Assembly (NCBI GenBank): GCA_003344405.1
Contig: NOWV01000003.1
Span: 620,001 to 684,000, forward strand
DNA from: Trichoplax sp. H2
Lineage: Eukaryota
Length of the DNA stretch: 64,000 bases
Direction: 5' to 3'
In this document: positions 41,401 through 56,323 of the stretch, piece by piece
Layout: each line of letters starts with the position of its first letter
Position numbering within the stretch: position 1 is the first letter of the stretch
Position numbers and translations under genes: made by a program
Notes under the pieces: generated by a model
Databases searched by the model: none
The model's input: the letters and a program-made list of their open reading frames with translations, nothing else
Told to the model about the DNA's origin: nothing

Positions 41401-44400
41401 TTTTTGTCTCGAAGTTAAATGAATTCATAAAATAACAGAATAAATTAATTACTGGATTTATCTATAATAATTGACAATTGTAACAAAATTAAATGAGTTG
41501 TATCACTCTAGTTCGTAGTTATTAATTGTTAACTAATGAAATTTAGATTTTATTTCAGACTTATCGTAATAAGGTTATTGTTATGGTTGAATGCGAAATA
41601 TGTATGGCTGTCTCAGTGAATAGTTTACAGTGTGAATTTGGTAACAATTTCTTTATTTATAGGTGGCAATGCATATATGCGAGCATAATTTTCCTGTTTC
41701 AATATTGATATCAACACCCGAAAAATCTGCCTTTTGCACTTCATTCTTACCTACGCTTCAGCATTTGTTCAAAAATTGGCTATTCTAAAAAACACAAAAA
41801 TTCTAGCTTTTAATTAGTTAGTGAATCATTATTTATAATTAATGGACGCCTAGGATATTTATTTGAAATTTTAGTTCTTCTTGGGTATTGTATTGAAATT
41901 TTTGAAGCTACCACCCTTCTAGAAATCCTAGATTAGTGCAAGTTAGATGCTGTAAATATGCCTCAAACATTGACCAGATCAATGAGTTCTAGAATTGACA
42001 TTCAATATACACATAAGCAACAAATGTAAGGGCCCTGAGGAGATACTGTATAAAATATTAACTTATACTATACAATCGGAGTATAAAAATTTTGAAGGAA
42101 AATCTTATTGTAGTCACAAATCTATAGGTTCTGTATATATTCAAAAATCTTATATGAGGAAGAAAAAAATTCTAGTAATACTAGTCGTAACTGAAGAAAA
42201 CTGAAACTCTGCCTTCGGTTCCTTATCATGAGCACAGCTGACAGTGCGAAGATTTACTAGCGTCTTCTTAATTGTCATTACTATTATGTTTTTAAATATT
42301 TATCGCGCGCAGATATAATTGATAGGCAATAAATTGTCATCAAAACGAGACAGAGTTGTCGATCCATAGCTTTCAGTAAAACATTGAGATACTGTGTTAA
42401 CACAACATAAAGTGTTTCAATTCGTATAGATTTCGTTAAATACGTATACATGTCTCATATGGAGAGTATTAATTATTTATGGATGTTTATAGTAAAATTT
42501 TACATCAATATTGCTTAGGCATAAATATTGATAATTAGGGTAGTATTATTTAATAATCAAAATCACAGTATAAAATCTTCACATTACTTCACCAATACTA
42601 GTAATTATACTTATCTGGATCAAGTTGATTTAAATTCCCATCCGTTAGTAAAATTTGTATTATTAAAGTCTTTAATATCATTTGTTTAATAAAAATTTAA
42701 CTTACTAATAACTTCAAATTTAAGAAAACTAAATATACCCCCATATTACTTTTTATGTTACGGTAATAAACTGATGTCCGGTTGCAATACAATAGAATAA
42801 AGTTTAATTGCTAATAGATTCAACAAAAAAGATTTAACAAATATGAATATATACTACTGAGAAAAGAGATAAGCTAAAGTTTAATTAATATTATCAGACT
42901 ATACAGACTATACCGTAAACAAAGATACCGTATTCTACTCAGTGACACATTTACTGTGTGTATCATGGAATCTTTTAAAGTAGATTTTACGTACTAACTT
43001 TTTCATTTTAATTGCATTTTGGATACCATTTGTTCTGTAAAGATTCAGTATTCTAAGCTTTCTGAAGGCGTAAATATTTTATGTAGTTAAATATGACATA
43101 GATAAACAATACAATCGAAATTAGACGCATAGAAATCGACATTTATTGGCTGTTATTAACGATCATATTCACTCTTCGTCTAGAAATATTTTATTACGAA
43201 ATTTTGTAAATATAGTCACGGACGTGCGATCGTTTGTTTATTAACTTAGAAATCCAATAAATCGACAAGATTTTATGTTTTTATATAAAAACTCTGTAAA
43301 TTTTAAGTTTTAATGATTAAGTTGAGAGATCCACTGAAAATGACTTCTAACGCATCGGTGATAGTAAATAAAGTAAAAAATTCTAGCTGCTAAATATTTT
43401 GTATATTCACGTATAGTAACAAACATTTTAGATAAGTGTGTTTCGGTTTTTATTTAATTCTACTTGCATTAATTAATTAAGCTATCTGCAAACGACTAAT
43501 TTTATAACTTTGAAAAGTTATATAGATAAAATATTTCGTCAGATCGAATAAAAATTATTTGGCTACATGATTTTGCCATAAATTTATAATGTATAGTTGG
43601 GGTGTCAATAGTTTAAGGATCATACAATGAAGTAGTTTGTTTATCGAAAATATCTTACATTGAGAATAACTAATAAAGGTCCACTTAAAAGTAATATTAA
43701 ATAAAATCGGCTATTTGCATATTACCAACTATAATAACTTTGAACAAAATCAAATAATAACTCGTTTTTAGCTGCTTTAATCTTTGCTCATTAGATGTTT
43801 TTTTATTCTTGTATAAATAGATATAAATGTTATGCCTGTATTTGTTAAAAGTATTTGTTATTACAATAGACATAAGGTATGATATTTAAATCTGATCATT
43901 TCTTATTTAATTTAATTATAGGCTGCTATATAGAATCATGAATAGAATGAAATAGGACATCAAATTGTAAGCTTTAATACCTGCAAATATTTTCTGAAAG
44001 TCCTTATTTAATTAAATATGTAGAACATGAGGGTATGAGTGCATTGTATATAGTCTAAGTACGCATACATTTTGTTGAATTGGTAGATATTTGCATTCAA
44101 ATTTCTATTATAAGTGAGCCCTAGAGCTATTAAATTAACTGCATTTTGATAGTAAAGAAAGCCAGTATCAAATAAAGAGCAATGATATTCACGATTATGA
44201 GTAGGTCGAATTAAATTCAGCTGCCGTAATTATATAAGGCCGTTAATTTCTGGCAAACTTTTAGTTTTATGGCTGACAAGAAAAAGATTAAAACATTTCC
44301 TCATATGTTAGCAGTTATTGAAATGAAATGACCCTAGACGATTTCAAAGAGGCTTACAGAAATATTAGTATCACATTTAATACTTCCGTTTCTTTTATCT

Positions 44401-47400
44401 TTCGCTGTAGAAATATATACGAGTATACTGTATACTTAAGTTTTACTTCATTAAATTAGTATTATAGTTATCAATCAGACTGAAAAACTTATAATTGCTA
44501 AAATTAATATTTATACGGTAGAAGAAATCATGCTGTTTATGACCTATGATTTGTCCTTATATATCAGCAATAGTACATCACATAGGAGCAGACTATAAAT
44601 GTTTTATTTGATACAATAACCTAGTGATTGTATGGTTTTGCAGTGTGTGAGAGTTTAATTTAATTTAAATATAAAAAACTCACCTTTAGTGCTTAAATCA
44701 AATCTATTCTTATATAGTTTTAATTTATATGGATCTTAATTTGCCTTAGTTACGTTATTATTGTATTTTTGTAGGCCTTCATAAGCATTACTGAACTTTG
44801 ACTAGTTATAGCTAATTTTTTATTCTAGCCTTTTTACCTTATAGATTTATTTTGTACAGTACGTTCTACGTTATAACTATTCGCCCTAGGGCTTCAACAA
44901 TTCTTACACATTAGCAATACATTCACTCCGATTTCAACTATCTTCAATACAAGGATAATGTGACGATATTATTAATTAAATGACCATTTATTCTTTGACA
45001 ATGCTAACTATTGTTTCAGTAATATTGATCGTCGTATCAAGTTTCAATATTTATACTATTCACTGCTTACAACCAGCACTCATGTTATACAGTATAAATC
45101 ACTTACGGTATCTTGTCCAGTCAGCGAACGTGCATTCGCACATGTCTACTAAAATAAATCAACTTGGTGTGAACTTATATGGCAATAAACTTTGTTTTAA
45201 GGCAAAATTTTAAAATTTTAATGCCTCTGAATGTTATTGTAATACAGCAAGAACAGTTGCAATTAAATAGGAGAATAAACCAAATCATAGGCTTTTCACC
45301 GTCAGATTTATGAATGATACCCGTACACTGTGATACTATATTACATTACACTCAGGCTTTTCGATATTGAAATATGTTAACGTACAGTATTCGCGTTTGT
45401 TATATTAAATCTTGCTACATGCATATGAGCCTAGTGTTGAATGTTATTCTCTGACAAAAGTCATTAGATTGAGTTGGATGTATGTCCTTACTTCATTAAA
45501 TTTCCTATTGAAGCTAGATAGTTCTAGGTAGTTGTAAGATGAACCTAATTAATGTAATAAAGTGAAGTTTACAAGAAGCTGTAGTTTTTTTGTATTTTTG
45601 AGAAGACACTTTATCACAGAAGTAAAAGACGGTTATGGTAAAAAATATCGATCCCATTGGTTTATCTTACATTAAATTTAGATTCAATTCAATGCCATAT
45701 GTAAGATCAAACTCCATTTCTAAGGATACAGTCAGTAATAACTTATTTTAGAAGCTGATCAGAATTTTTGCTGACTATTTTATGCCATATTAAAGAAAAA
45801 TTATCTTGCGATTCGCTAGTATGTTCTATGTAATCCCATGTAGTTTACCATTTTCGAGTCGCATACACTCCTCAACACATCTTGGAAATATATCCTGATG
45901 GAGTATAGTTCCACGTACTTGATTATAACGTATGATATTCTTATTTGTTGTAATTTTGTAATACAGACTTATACCATATATCTCGCACTTAATACAATCT
46001 GCATATGAGCATATTTCAATTGAGTATTGACATTTTATTAATTATGGGTTGTCGTTTACTAATACAGGATCATTATTACGTTGCTAGGTACATAGCTTAA
46101 TTACAGGACAGTTTATCCATTCAAATACACGCGAAGTAGTCATTTAATTTTATTTACTATCTTTAGTATACCTTTGGGACGTTGAATAGGATTGCATGAC
46201 TTTGAACAGTTATAAGTTATAAGCCAATAATTTCATTACAGTTTCAGAAATTAAATTAGATACAGGATACATTACGATAGCTACTATAATATACTTTTAA
46301 AATACTGACTAAGGAAATATCTCTGAAATGAAATATACATGTAGAAATACATGATATTCATAGGTAAAGTTATTTCATTGTAGGTATCATGATTATTTAG
46401 CAATAAGAATAATTTGCATGATCTAATATAGTGTTATCGATATTACCGCCTAACTGCCTTCGATTTCTTACTCTTCCCAGTAGATTTGTAAGTAGTTATT
46501 AATAGATGTGATCTATCATAATTGTATAATTTTGATTGTGTGACATTGTCATAACCTGTCTTTGAGTAAGATAATTTAAAATTAGTCTCAGCATATTAGG
46601 CCGCATGAAACTAAACTTTTAGTTTGTTTTTTTGAATAATATATCATAACAATAGATGATCGAAATTCAACATGTACTTTAGTCTACCTATATTTTAGCC
46701 AAAATGTAAACATATTTCTATAAAATCTGGCGTTTTTAAAATTTATTAACAGATAATTATTACTTTTCTGATAAGAATTTTTCGTTATGAAAATACCTTT
46801 CGCTTTTTTATTTATCGTAATAATTCTAGCTTGGTGATTCTTCTACGATTATTTGAGTTGATGAATTAGTTATATGAATGTTAGTGTTTTCTGGTAAAAG
46901 TTACCTTAAATATCCTATTGCTCTATGATTACATTTTATTATAGCTAATCAAAGTATAATCTATACAATACTAAAAGATTAATGAGTTGCAATTAAGATA
47001 GTATTATAAATATAGATTGCTTTCAATTATATTTTAGTAGAAATACAGAAAAATTGATTTCGTATTCATCATGACAGCCTTACCGTACCAAATACCGCTC
47101 CTTAGTTTTCTATATGGCATCAAATGAAATTAATTATTTTTTGCATATTGAAAATGAAAGCAGTAGTTGTTAAAAAATATACGTTTAATGGCACAATACG
47201 TCCTAAATATAGCAAAGATACTAGTATAGTAGCAATCTTACTATGTATATTGCGCATATATGGGGCTTTCATCCATAATGGCACAAGCATAATCTCTTGT
47301 TGACTTGGTGTAGATGCTATTGCTGATTGAAATTAAACCAATTTTAAAGCGACAGAGTTTTTAATCATTCTAATATTGAAGGCTTAATCGTTGCTACTGT

Positions 47401-48904
47401 AAATTATCGCTCTACCTCGTTAAAATTACTATAATTGATAGATAACAATCGATTCTACAATAAATACTTTATAGCATTAATGGCAAGGCTAGCATAATAA
47501 TTTTCTAATAACTTAATCATCCTATTTAGCCACTGGCACCGTGTAAATTCTTAAATATAAAATCTAATGGTTTGAATAGTAATACGTAATCCTGATATAA
47601 GGATATAACATTTAGAATAGCACAGTATGCCGATACTATAGGATTTTAATTAATAATCTAATTGTCATGGGAAAATTGGATAGTTTAGTCGTGTACTATA
47701 TGTGAAACCAGTTTACGCATTATTTACGTAGTATAACAAACCTTCACGAGATAGAAGATTTTCGCGTGATTCACTATCATCTACTTGTATGTATATTAAA
47801 AAAATTAAAAAATGATTACTTTTATGTTATGACATTTTTTAAAATATCGAATACAACCGTATAACCTATTTTTTTTTATATTAAACTCAGATATACTGTA
47901 GCTTATAAAGCATCAGCACGATATCTTACTTAGATTGTATGCTAGTACATTTTACCTCTGAGAAATATTGGCAGGATTCGGTATTGATCATTATCTGTTA
48001 TTGGTAATAGATGGTAAGTCATTAATGTTACCGTAGTGTAGTGATGAAAGTACTCTCATTGCTTACTTTTACGCATTGAATCTACACTTTGTATCTTTAT
48101 TCTAGTAAATAGAATTAGCATTTCATCGATTTCATATGGATACAGAAAGTTGAAACTTATTTTGGATTTACAAACAAGAACTGTCACATTTCTACAGGTA
48201 GCAATTACAATTTAGTAGCATCTATTTAATTCTATCGGACTTCAAATAACACGATAGGGATATAAATTTAAATATCCTTTTCTTTATTAATTTTACAGTA
48301 GCTATATTTCACCAGAATTAGAGCACTATTGATTTGTAATCTTAGAACCGTAATTATAAGCAGGCAATAGACAGCTGTTTTATTGATTTTGTAATTACAA
48401 TATCGTCGAAATCTACGGAAAATTACTTCATAGCAACTATGCACTAACAAGGAAACGCTATTACTATCAATAGGATGGAAATATAGTGCAAGTACTTCGA
48501 TATCACAGAATATTACTGTAGCTCTACATTGGGTGTATAATATGAACTTATATCTGATAAAATTAGTCTGTTTGAAAAGTGACATGTAACATGTTATAGT
48601 AGATTATTAACGTTTTATGAATAAGAATAGCAATCACACTGAGAGTGGCTCGGTTTATAAACAGAAAAATCTATACGAGCATATTCAGTACATGCATAGT
48701 GTGATCTGTGTTTCGATATGTAGTGCGCAATAGATATCTAGTTTAGCTGGATGTGATAGGTAATTTATGACTTTTTATTGTAGTTCAAAACAGTTATCCA
48801 AAATAATAAGTTAGCACACTGATCATCTAGGATTGATCGGTAATCTTTTTTAATTTAAATATTTTATTTGATAGGATAATAAAATTTATACGTTCATTAT
48901 TTAC

Positions 48905-49042
48905 CGGCTGCTCTGGCTTTTTCTCGACGAAAAAAGAATGGAATCATTTGAGAGTTTTGTTGCTCATTTTGTTCTTCATTTTGTTCCTCATTTTGTTCCT
49001 CATCTTGTTTCTTGTTTTGTTTCTCATTTTGTTCCTCGTTTT
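48905..49042 (-). other. Candidate internal coding exon of an unidentified gene (138 bp, phase 1/1)
   Basis: ttgttAG|AA AAC GAG ... GCA GCC G|GTaaat; open frame NEEQNEKQNKKQDEEQNEEQNEEQNEQQNSQMIPFFFRREKARAA; length divisible by 3. Confidence 0.4.
48955..49042 (-). repeat. 12-bp tandem repeat (ttttgttcctca, about 7 copies), encoding (N-E-E-Q)n on the - strand
   Basis: ttttgttgctca ttttgttcttca ttttgttcctca ttttgttcctca tcttgtttcttg ttttgtttctca ttttgttcctcg. Confidence 0.85.
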
Positions 49043-52000
49043 CTAACAAGAACAGATTCACAATAGTTATCATAGCTCAACTTAAGTGCTATAAAATTCT
49101 TGTAAATATAATAAGTTAAATAACATAGATTTCATTAAATTATACTATCACAGCAATATCGATCTAAAATGTGATTCTAAGTCTTCCTAAGTTAGTTATG
49201 ATAGGATAGAATCGTATTGTACGGCATAAAACAAATACAATACTGGTACAGTAATATTATATATAAAAATATAAGTTGAACACTGATATTTTGATAAACT
49301 ATGCTTTATAATTGTACATAATCTGGTCTAAATCATATCTTGATATTAATTTCAATGATCTATAGTATGAGTATGACCTCTTCTATCAGGGCTTATAGAT
49401 AGATACTATATGATGTCTTGGTAGTAAATCTAAAGATCAAGCTGTCTTTTAATTGTTCTAGTAGAACTTGATTATGACGTAAATCAGTAACTTGAGCCTA
49501 CATAATTATGTTGTACTAGACCTATAATTAAACATGGAATCTCTATCTGATCGTAAATTTTTCACCAATATTGTAATATCACCACTACCGCACCTGTTAA
49601 TAATACGGTATATATATATACAATGACTATTACCACGTAAATATACTTAACAGAAGATTTTTGCTTCTCTATTTACAGTTAACTTCGCCGTTTACAATTT
49701 AAACTATTATAAATGATCGAAAAATTCGTAATAAACATTACTACATCAACATACGAATAACATATCGAGCTTTTATTTCAGTCACTGTCAGCAAAACTAT
49801 CGCCAGAATGATAAGCTTGTTCATGGTTTCGATTGATCTGAGGACTATTGAGTAAAAAAAGTAAGCTATTAATACAATTAATGCGTTTGCTAAACCTCAT
49901 AAATTTTAGATTTCAGATAGGAACGCTAGACATAATACTTCGTATAAATACTAATCAATAGTAATAAAAACGAGACGGATATATCGAGCGGTTATGGAAA
50001 AATTTAAAGTTTTTGAATTTAAACAACTTTAAATATGGTAGGATAACAAAATGATTATAACTTGAGAAGGTTAGAAATAGAAAGACAAAATATCCTAATG
50101 TCAATGATACTATAGCTACAGCCAGAAGTCCTTAATTCAAGATTGCTTAACTATATTTATCAAGACGCTTTTCAGATGCAGTTAACCTGTACCGGCCTTG
50201 CATATTATAGGCACCATGGTAAATGAAATTTATGCATGTATGTGAGATTGATAGATCAAAAATCTTCAAAACTTTAGAAAAATAAGATTTATTGAACAAA
50301 ACCTCCTTTACGAAGATACAACGTAATCGATTAACTGAGGATCTCTAATGAGAAACAACTATCTTATACTGAACTACTCGCTTATATACTTTTTCCCGTT
50401 TACAGTCTTAGCACCTCACTTACTACACACTTCCTTATTAGCATCTCAAATACAGGATAGCTTACATCTTTCATGTGAAGCTCTAGTGTGAGCACTGTAG
50501 CGCTCTTCTTTAAAAGGATTACAGTTACTAAGCTAGCTATATCTAATACTTAAGCCTCTAACGAGAATATCTATCACATGTTGAATACAACACCTACGGT
50601 AGACATTATTAAATATATCATCAACTTAGAGTACAATATTACACTGTCTTACAATGTAGTTCAACTTCTACAGCATGATAATTTACTAATTTTTACGAGA
50701 TATCAAATTTTAATACATTAGTAATGATACGCCGTTATTAAATATGATTAAAAAAATAAGGTCATCTTAATTTTTGGAAGCAGGAAGTTAAACTAATGAT
50801 TACTATGTTTATGAGAGCAATCTATCCTGCAAATCATTCTAATATTGACAATTCCATAAAGAGTATATATTACCTAAGTTTAAAGCTATACTACAAGGGC
50901 GAAAACGGTTGTCTTATATATAAGCTGTATACTACATATATATTAAAAGTTACCTAGTCGGACAAGAATCGGATTTTACAGTCGTTTATAAAAGTTTTAT
51001 TGTTTCTATTACACTGATAATATATAATTGTAAAGATTGCAGATACTTTGTCCAATTGAATAGATCCATATAATATGGCTTATGATAGATTTAATGCTAA
51101 TTTAGCAACTATAGTAACAGAATTAAAATGATCTCAGAGGTAAATTAGCAAAAGAAAGCTTCACAGATTCAGTATATTTTATTCTAATGTTAGCAGGTAC
51201 GAAGCACGATGACTTATTGTTGATACTTGTAATGCTACTGACATTGATAAAGAATGATTCTCGTAACGTGACGATAAGAAATTAATAGATCGAAATAGAT
51301 AATACTGGAGCGGTACAAATCTAGTATTAGCAATGCCAGGTCTAATCTTAATGTATCTAATGAATCCTTGGAAACATTCACAATACGAAATAAAAACTGC
51401 TCATTAAGAGTACTGGTAATAATCATAGCATAAACTGATAGAAACATAATTATAGGTATTTCTAAAGATAACTTTTTATCATAGAGCAATCAATTTTGAA
51501 AAGTTAAAATCGAATTTTAGAATAATGCGCTAAACTTTGTAAATATGGTATTATACGAACTTTGTTTTGATATTTGATGCGAATAAACTCTAGATTAATT
51601 ATACCATATTAGAAAAGTGAGAATTTAACGGATCGTTTTAAATACATATTTTTACAATTTAAGTTTACTTTCCTCACGTGAAAAAGATTTGAATATTTTA
51701 ACGATAAAATAGAATTCGGGCTTCACACGAATTTTTTTATGATATACTTACAGTTATCAACAAGATATAAGTTGGAGAATGGATATTGAATTTAAGGCCT
51801 GAATATTATCGCGCTGCATTTTTATATTCTTATGGGATTACTAATTTGCATGTTACGTGAAAGACATCAAGTCAATAAATAAAATTTTAAATAATGTACA
51901 AGTCATATCTTAATGGTAAGCAAATACAATATACTTAATTTAAATCGAGATTTTGTTGCTAAGGTCACTTTTAGAGTTAACAAACTGCAGGTATAAATTC

Positions 52001-55000
52001 GACGCAATTTTGAAACCAACTCCAATATATAGAAGATTTTAAGAAGTGAATATAGTGGGAGGGTTTGTGCTATAAATCTCAATCTGTATCGAATCATGGC
52101 GATTAAGGAATCCACGTTTACTTCATATCTCGCGCTAGCCTCAACTATAATCGCACTGATAGCTTAGATAGCAACAAATTTTAATTGGAAATTTTCTGTA
52201 ACATCCGTAAACGGTATTTGTATAACTGCAATATTGTGATTAATTATGCTGCTTATACATGTTGACTTTTTATTATTGAAAGCCCCAGTTGTTCATTTCT
52301 TTTTAACTACACAAAGAAAAAATGAATAAAAAACAATGACTTCTCTTACCGTCTGTTTTAATATTTGCAATGTTATTTTGCTTATAAGAATAAAAACAGA
52401 TCTTATTATATACTGCTATCCTTATGATGTTATCCTTAGTTACTCGACAAAAAAAGCATGACTTCGAATCAGTTTCAGTAGGACTGGATGTATGTGACAG
52501 CTTCTTGTATTTCTTGCTCTTATTTTGACTTATCTAATCGAGATTAGTCACTATAAATTTTTTTATTGTTTTAAAAGAACTGCAAGTACGTATATTTTTA
52601 TTTATAGATCCATTGATACAGTCTAAGATTAACATTATGAGCTGAACCATAAATGGCACCAAAAAAGAAATTTAATGTAATTATTTTTTCGAAAATCTCC
52701 GAAATATCTCGAGTTGAAATGTTGCCGTGGTTGAAACGGATGTTTATGTTACAGTATCTACATGGCCATCACATCTGTATTTAACTAACTCATAATTAAG
52801 ATATTATTTAAATAAGACATTCGTCAAGGAATCGGTTATTTACTTTCGAGCATCAGAAATGCATTATGTGTTTATATCTCATGCAGCTCTGTGTCCTACA
52901 TTTTAATTTAAAAATTTATTTACAAACTTTCGACTTACTAGACTGTCAAGTCAAAATATACTTTAGCACAAACCAATTGTTCGCTGGCATGTGAACTATG
53001 TCAACATACAGCGCTGAAATACCGTCATCATAAAAATAATGGCAACTCTGTTAATTACTAGCGATCTGTTTTTCTATTGCTTCTCATCATTAAATTCATG
53101 CAACGAATGATTTTATGGAAAAAGTAACAAATTATTTAACGATCTCACTTTCTAATATCTGAATCATCTGCTATAACATTGATTATAACTGCAAATATGA
53201 AACCATTTTACTTAAGGCCTTATGCGATCGTTGTAGTGCCTCTATAAAATAAAAACATTTGTTTCGATTTCAAAATAAATCATCGCGAAGCTATTTAATT
53301 ATTAATAGCAAACCTATTAATAAACCAAGCTATTACCTTACGTAACGGTTTTGGAGCCTCATTAAGAAGGAAATGTAGCATTTTACATTAATTACTCACT
53401 TAGCATATCTAGTATTTACTTTACTTTGCTAAATTGATGATTTTAGTCTTTTAACTGTCGTAGTAAACAAACGTAAAATACGAAATTTTAGTATTGTAAA
53501 GCAGGACTTTCCATGAAATGTATACATTCCTCTAGGAACTTATAGAGGCCACAAATAGGACGCACTTTTTCAACAAAAGATGCTTTATCGGTTTAGTTTT
53601 TAGCTGCGTTCCAAAATAATTTTACAAATTAGCTCACGGAGTAATTTATGCTAGTAGAAAGCAATGATGCCATGGTAGAATAATATATTGGATCAAGTCC
53701 AATACTTTGTGAATCATTCCTGTATGACATTCATTACAGTAGATTTAATAATTCTTTTGACATACCTCACATTATAACCTCTAAATCAGCATCATCTCTG
53801 CGTGCCTTTCTTGTCTGAGTAAACGACTTTAAGAAATGAAACCTTTTAAGCTAACTACGATAATTTTACTTTATCTCACTGTGATACCGAAAGTCCCTCT
53901 TTCACATGATTTCTTGTTTAGGATCACTGTACAATTAATTCCAAGTAAGTATTGAGTTGTATAAACAGAGTCTTTGTATCATCAAATAAAATTTGATACA
54001 TTTATCATTTGGATCTTATTACGGCATGCATATTTTCTGCATAAATTAAGAAAATAATGACAGGCAAAAAATATGTCTATCATAAGTACTCGTACATTTA
54101 TCGAAACATGTTATAGAATACGTCGCATAACATCCTATGATCCAATATCGTTCTAGCTATTACAGGAATCTGATCATAGATGCTGGGTGTTACACTTGAT
54201 TCAATAGATTTACTATTCATATCAGAATAATCATGACTAATTACTGAATATCATTGCTCGATTTTAAACTTAAACTTATTGAAACAGATCAGATTTCCAC
54301 ATATTTTGCGAAGGAGTCACTACTCATGAATTCGTCTATATTATGTGCTACTTTTGCAAAACGCTCACTCTTGACTACTAGCATCTAGTAAGTAAGCTTA
54401 GTTTCAAAAGTATGAGCACTGATTTCGCTAATATCAGGGACTACTTAAATAAAGTGAAACAGGACACGATTGTTAACTACATAAGCAAAGAGCAGGCCAA
54501 CTATTTTGCTGGTCATTTTAACTGTACTGTACATTTGCAATCGTAAACTATTCTGTTCAGTGTCATACTCCAAAGCAGCTACCAGGTTGGTTTTGCCAGT
54601 ATGGTATACAGTTATAGTGGTGGTGCACGGTAAAATGCCAACAAAATAATTAGCCTATTCATTTCTAGTAGTCAGCGGTGGTATTCCGTCCTCTCTTTTT
54701 TCGAGTAGTCCTTGTTGACGACGTACGTATAGCAGATAAGGCATGCATCTTAGACGATAAAATAAACAAGCTTGAAATACTATCGGTTTTTATTAAGATC
54801 TACTTAAATTTTTGGCAAAGGCTTTAAGTAAATAGATCAATATATACATTTTACACTCACTATCTATTTCATTATAATGAAATATAAAGTTTATAAACTG
54901 CGACTATATTTACCATTCAGAATAGATTAGTGGACTTAATCTATAACAAAATACTGAATACGAGTAATATGCAAAACATCGCCTTGCTAGCCTAAAATTA

Positions 55001-56299
55001 AAATCGCAGTATGATAGCTAAGTCTAATAGTGATAGTAAAAGATAGGAAAGAATTCATTTGTACGATACTAGTAATCTTTAATCTCTGTAATACTTATTA
55101 TGCCCAGTAGCATAGATTAGTTCGATTATAAGTATACTATAGTGTTAACTATTATTGATGGAGGCGAAGACAAGATGATTGAGAGTAGATAGCCTTTTAT
55201 TTTTAGATAGAGTTAGGAGACGAAATAGAGATTGGTTAGCCTCGTGACAGAGAGATTATAGACAAGAAGAAAGAGCAGTGCAATCTACGTATATTTATAA
55301 GTTATTCGGCCACAGTCTAGTCTTAGGAATGTGTCTAGTGCCAATAAGTATTATAGATCTATTATAATATTACTACTGCAAGTTCAACAAATCATTGCAT
55401 AGTAAGTGATTAGTTCGATCGCGTAACATACATTTTTTGAGTATAGTAAAAATTAGAATGTTCAATATCGACTAGATGACTGTATTTGATGATTTAATTA
55501 TGTACATACGCGTAGATATATTTACGTAATGCCGATTAAATTGAGTCGTAACGATTTGAAATAATAGGCAGATATCCAAGAAGTAATTTTAGCTTGATAT
55601 TTTTGAACTTAAAGATCAAGTTATCGTACCAGCGTATCCGATAGCACGAATATTTCTTGATCATATAAAATTGTTTAAGGTATAATCTATTGAATGACTA
55701 CAGGTATTCATTCACATATAACAAACATATTTCTATGATTTCTGATATGTTATGATCTCTGGTCTTAAAAGTAAGTAAACATAAATTGCTCATCCATCAG
55801 TTTGGATTTTAACATTCAAGGATTACATCCAAAGATAAAACTAGCAATATAATGGTGTTGCAAGTTTTAGTATTAGCGGTAATCACAATCGCAAAATACT
55901 ATGAGGAGTCCTAAATATAATTTTACTAGTGTAGTTTATATCTCAGCACGCGCAATTCCGGCATAGGAATAGTAAAGTTAATATCCTTGAAAGACATACG
56001 TTTATCAGCAATTAAAAAATCTAATGGAGTAAACAATTGAAGTTTGAAAGGGAAACGATAACATATAGTTATTAGGTAATCGAACATGGAGCTAGGAGCC
56101 TCTGTTCGATGTTAGTTTCTCACCATGGGGATTGGGTACCCGTGTTATCATTTGGTTGATTACACGTGGGGTTAGTTAACCTTATCCGCAACTGAATGCG
56201 TCATGAATCCGAATGATTCGATATCTATTTACGTCTTTATTAATTCGTAGTAGAATTCCTTTGCAACTGTATATATTTTTGCGTGAGGCCAGAATGCAG

Positions 56300-56323
56300 T
56301 TATTATTATTATTATTATTATTA
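56300..56323. repeat. (TTA)8 microsatellite
   Basis: ttattattattattattattatta. Confidence 0.9.

Noticed and set aside
38831..48585. Short ORFs of 60-105 aa in the gene-poor tract
   Set aside because: I/L/F/Y/K-biased composition typical of random AT-rich DNA, mostly non-ATG starts, and no domains. The same holds for ORFs at 51235, 51903, 56740, 60097 and 63623.
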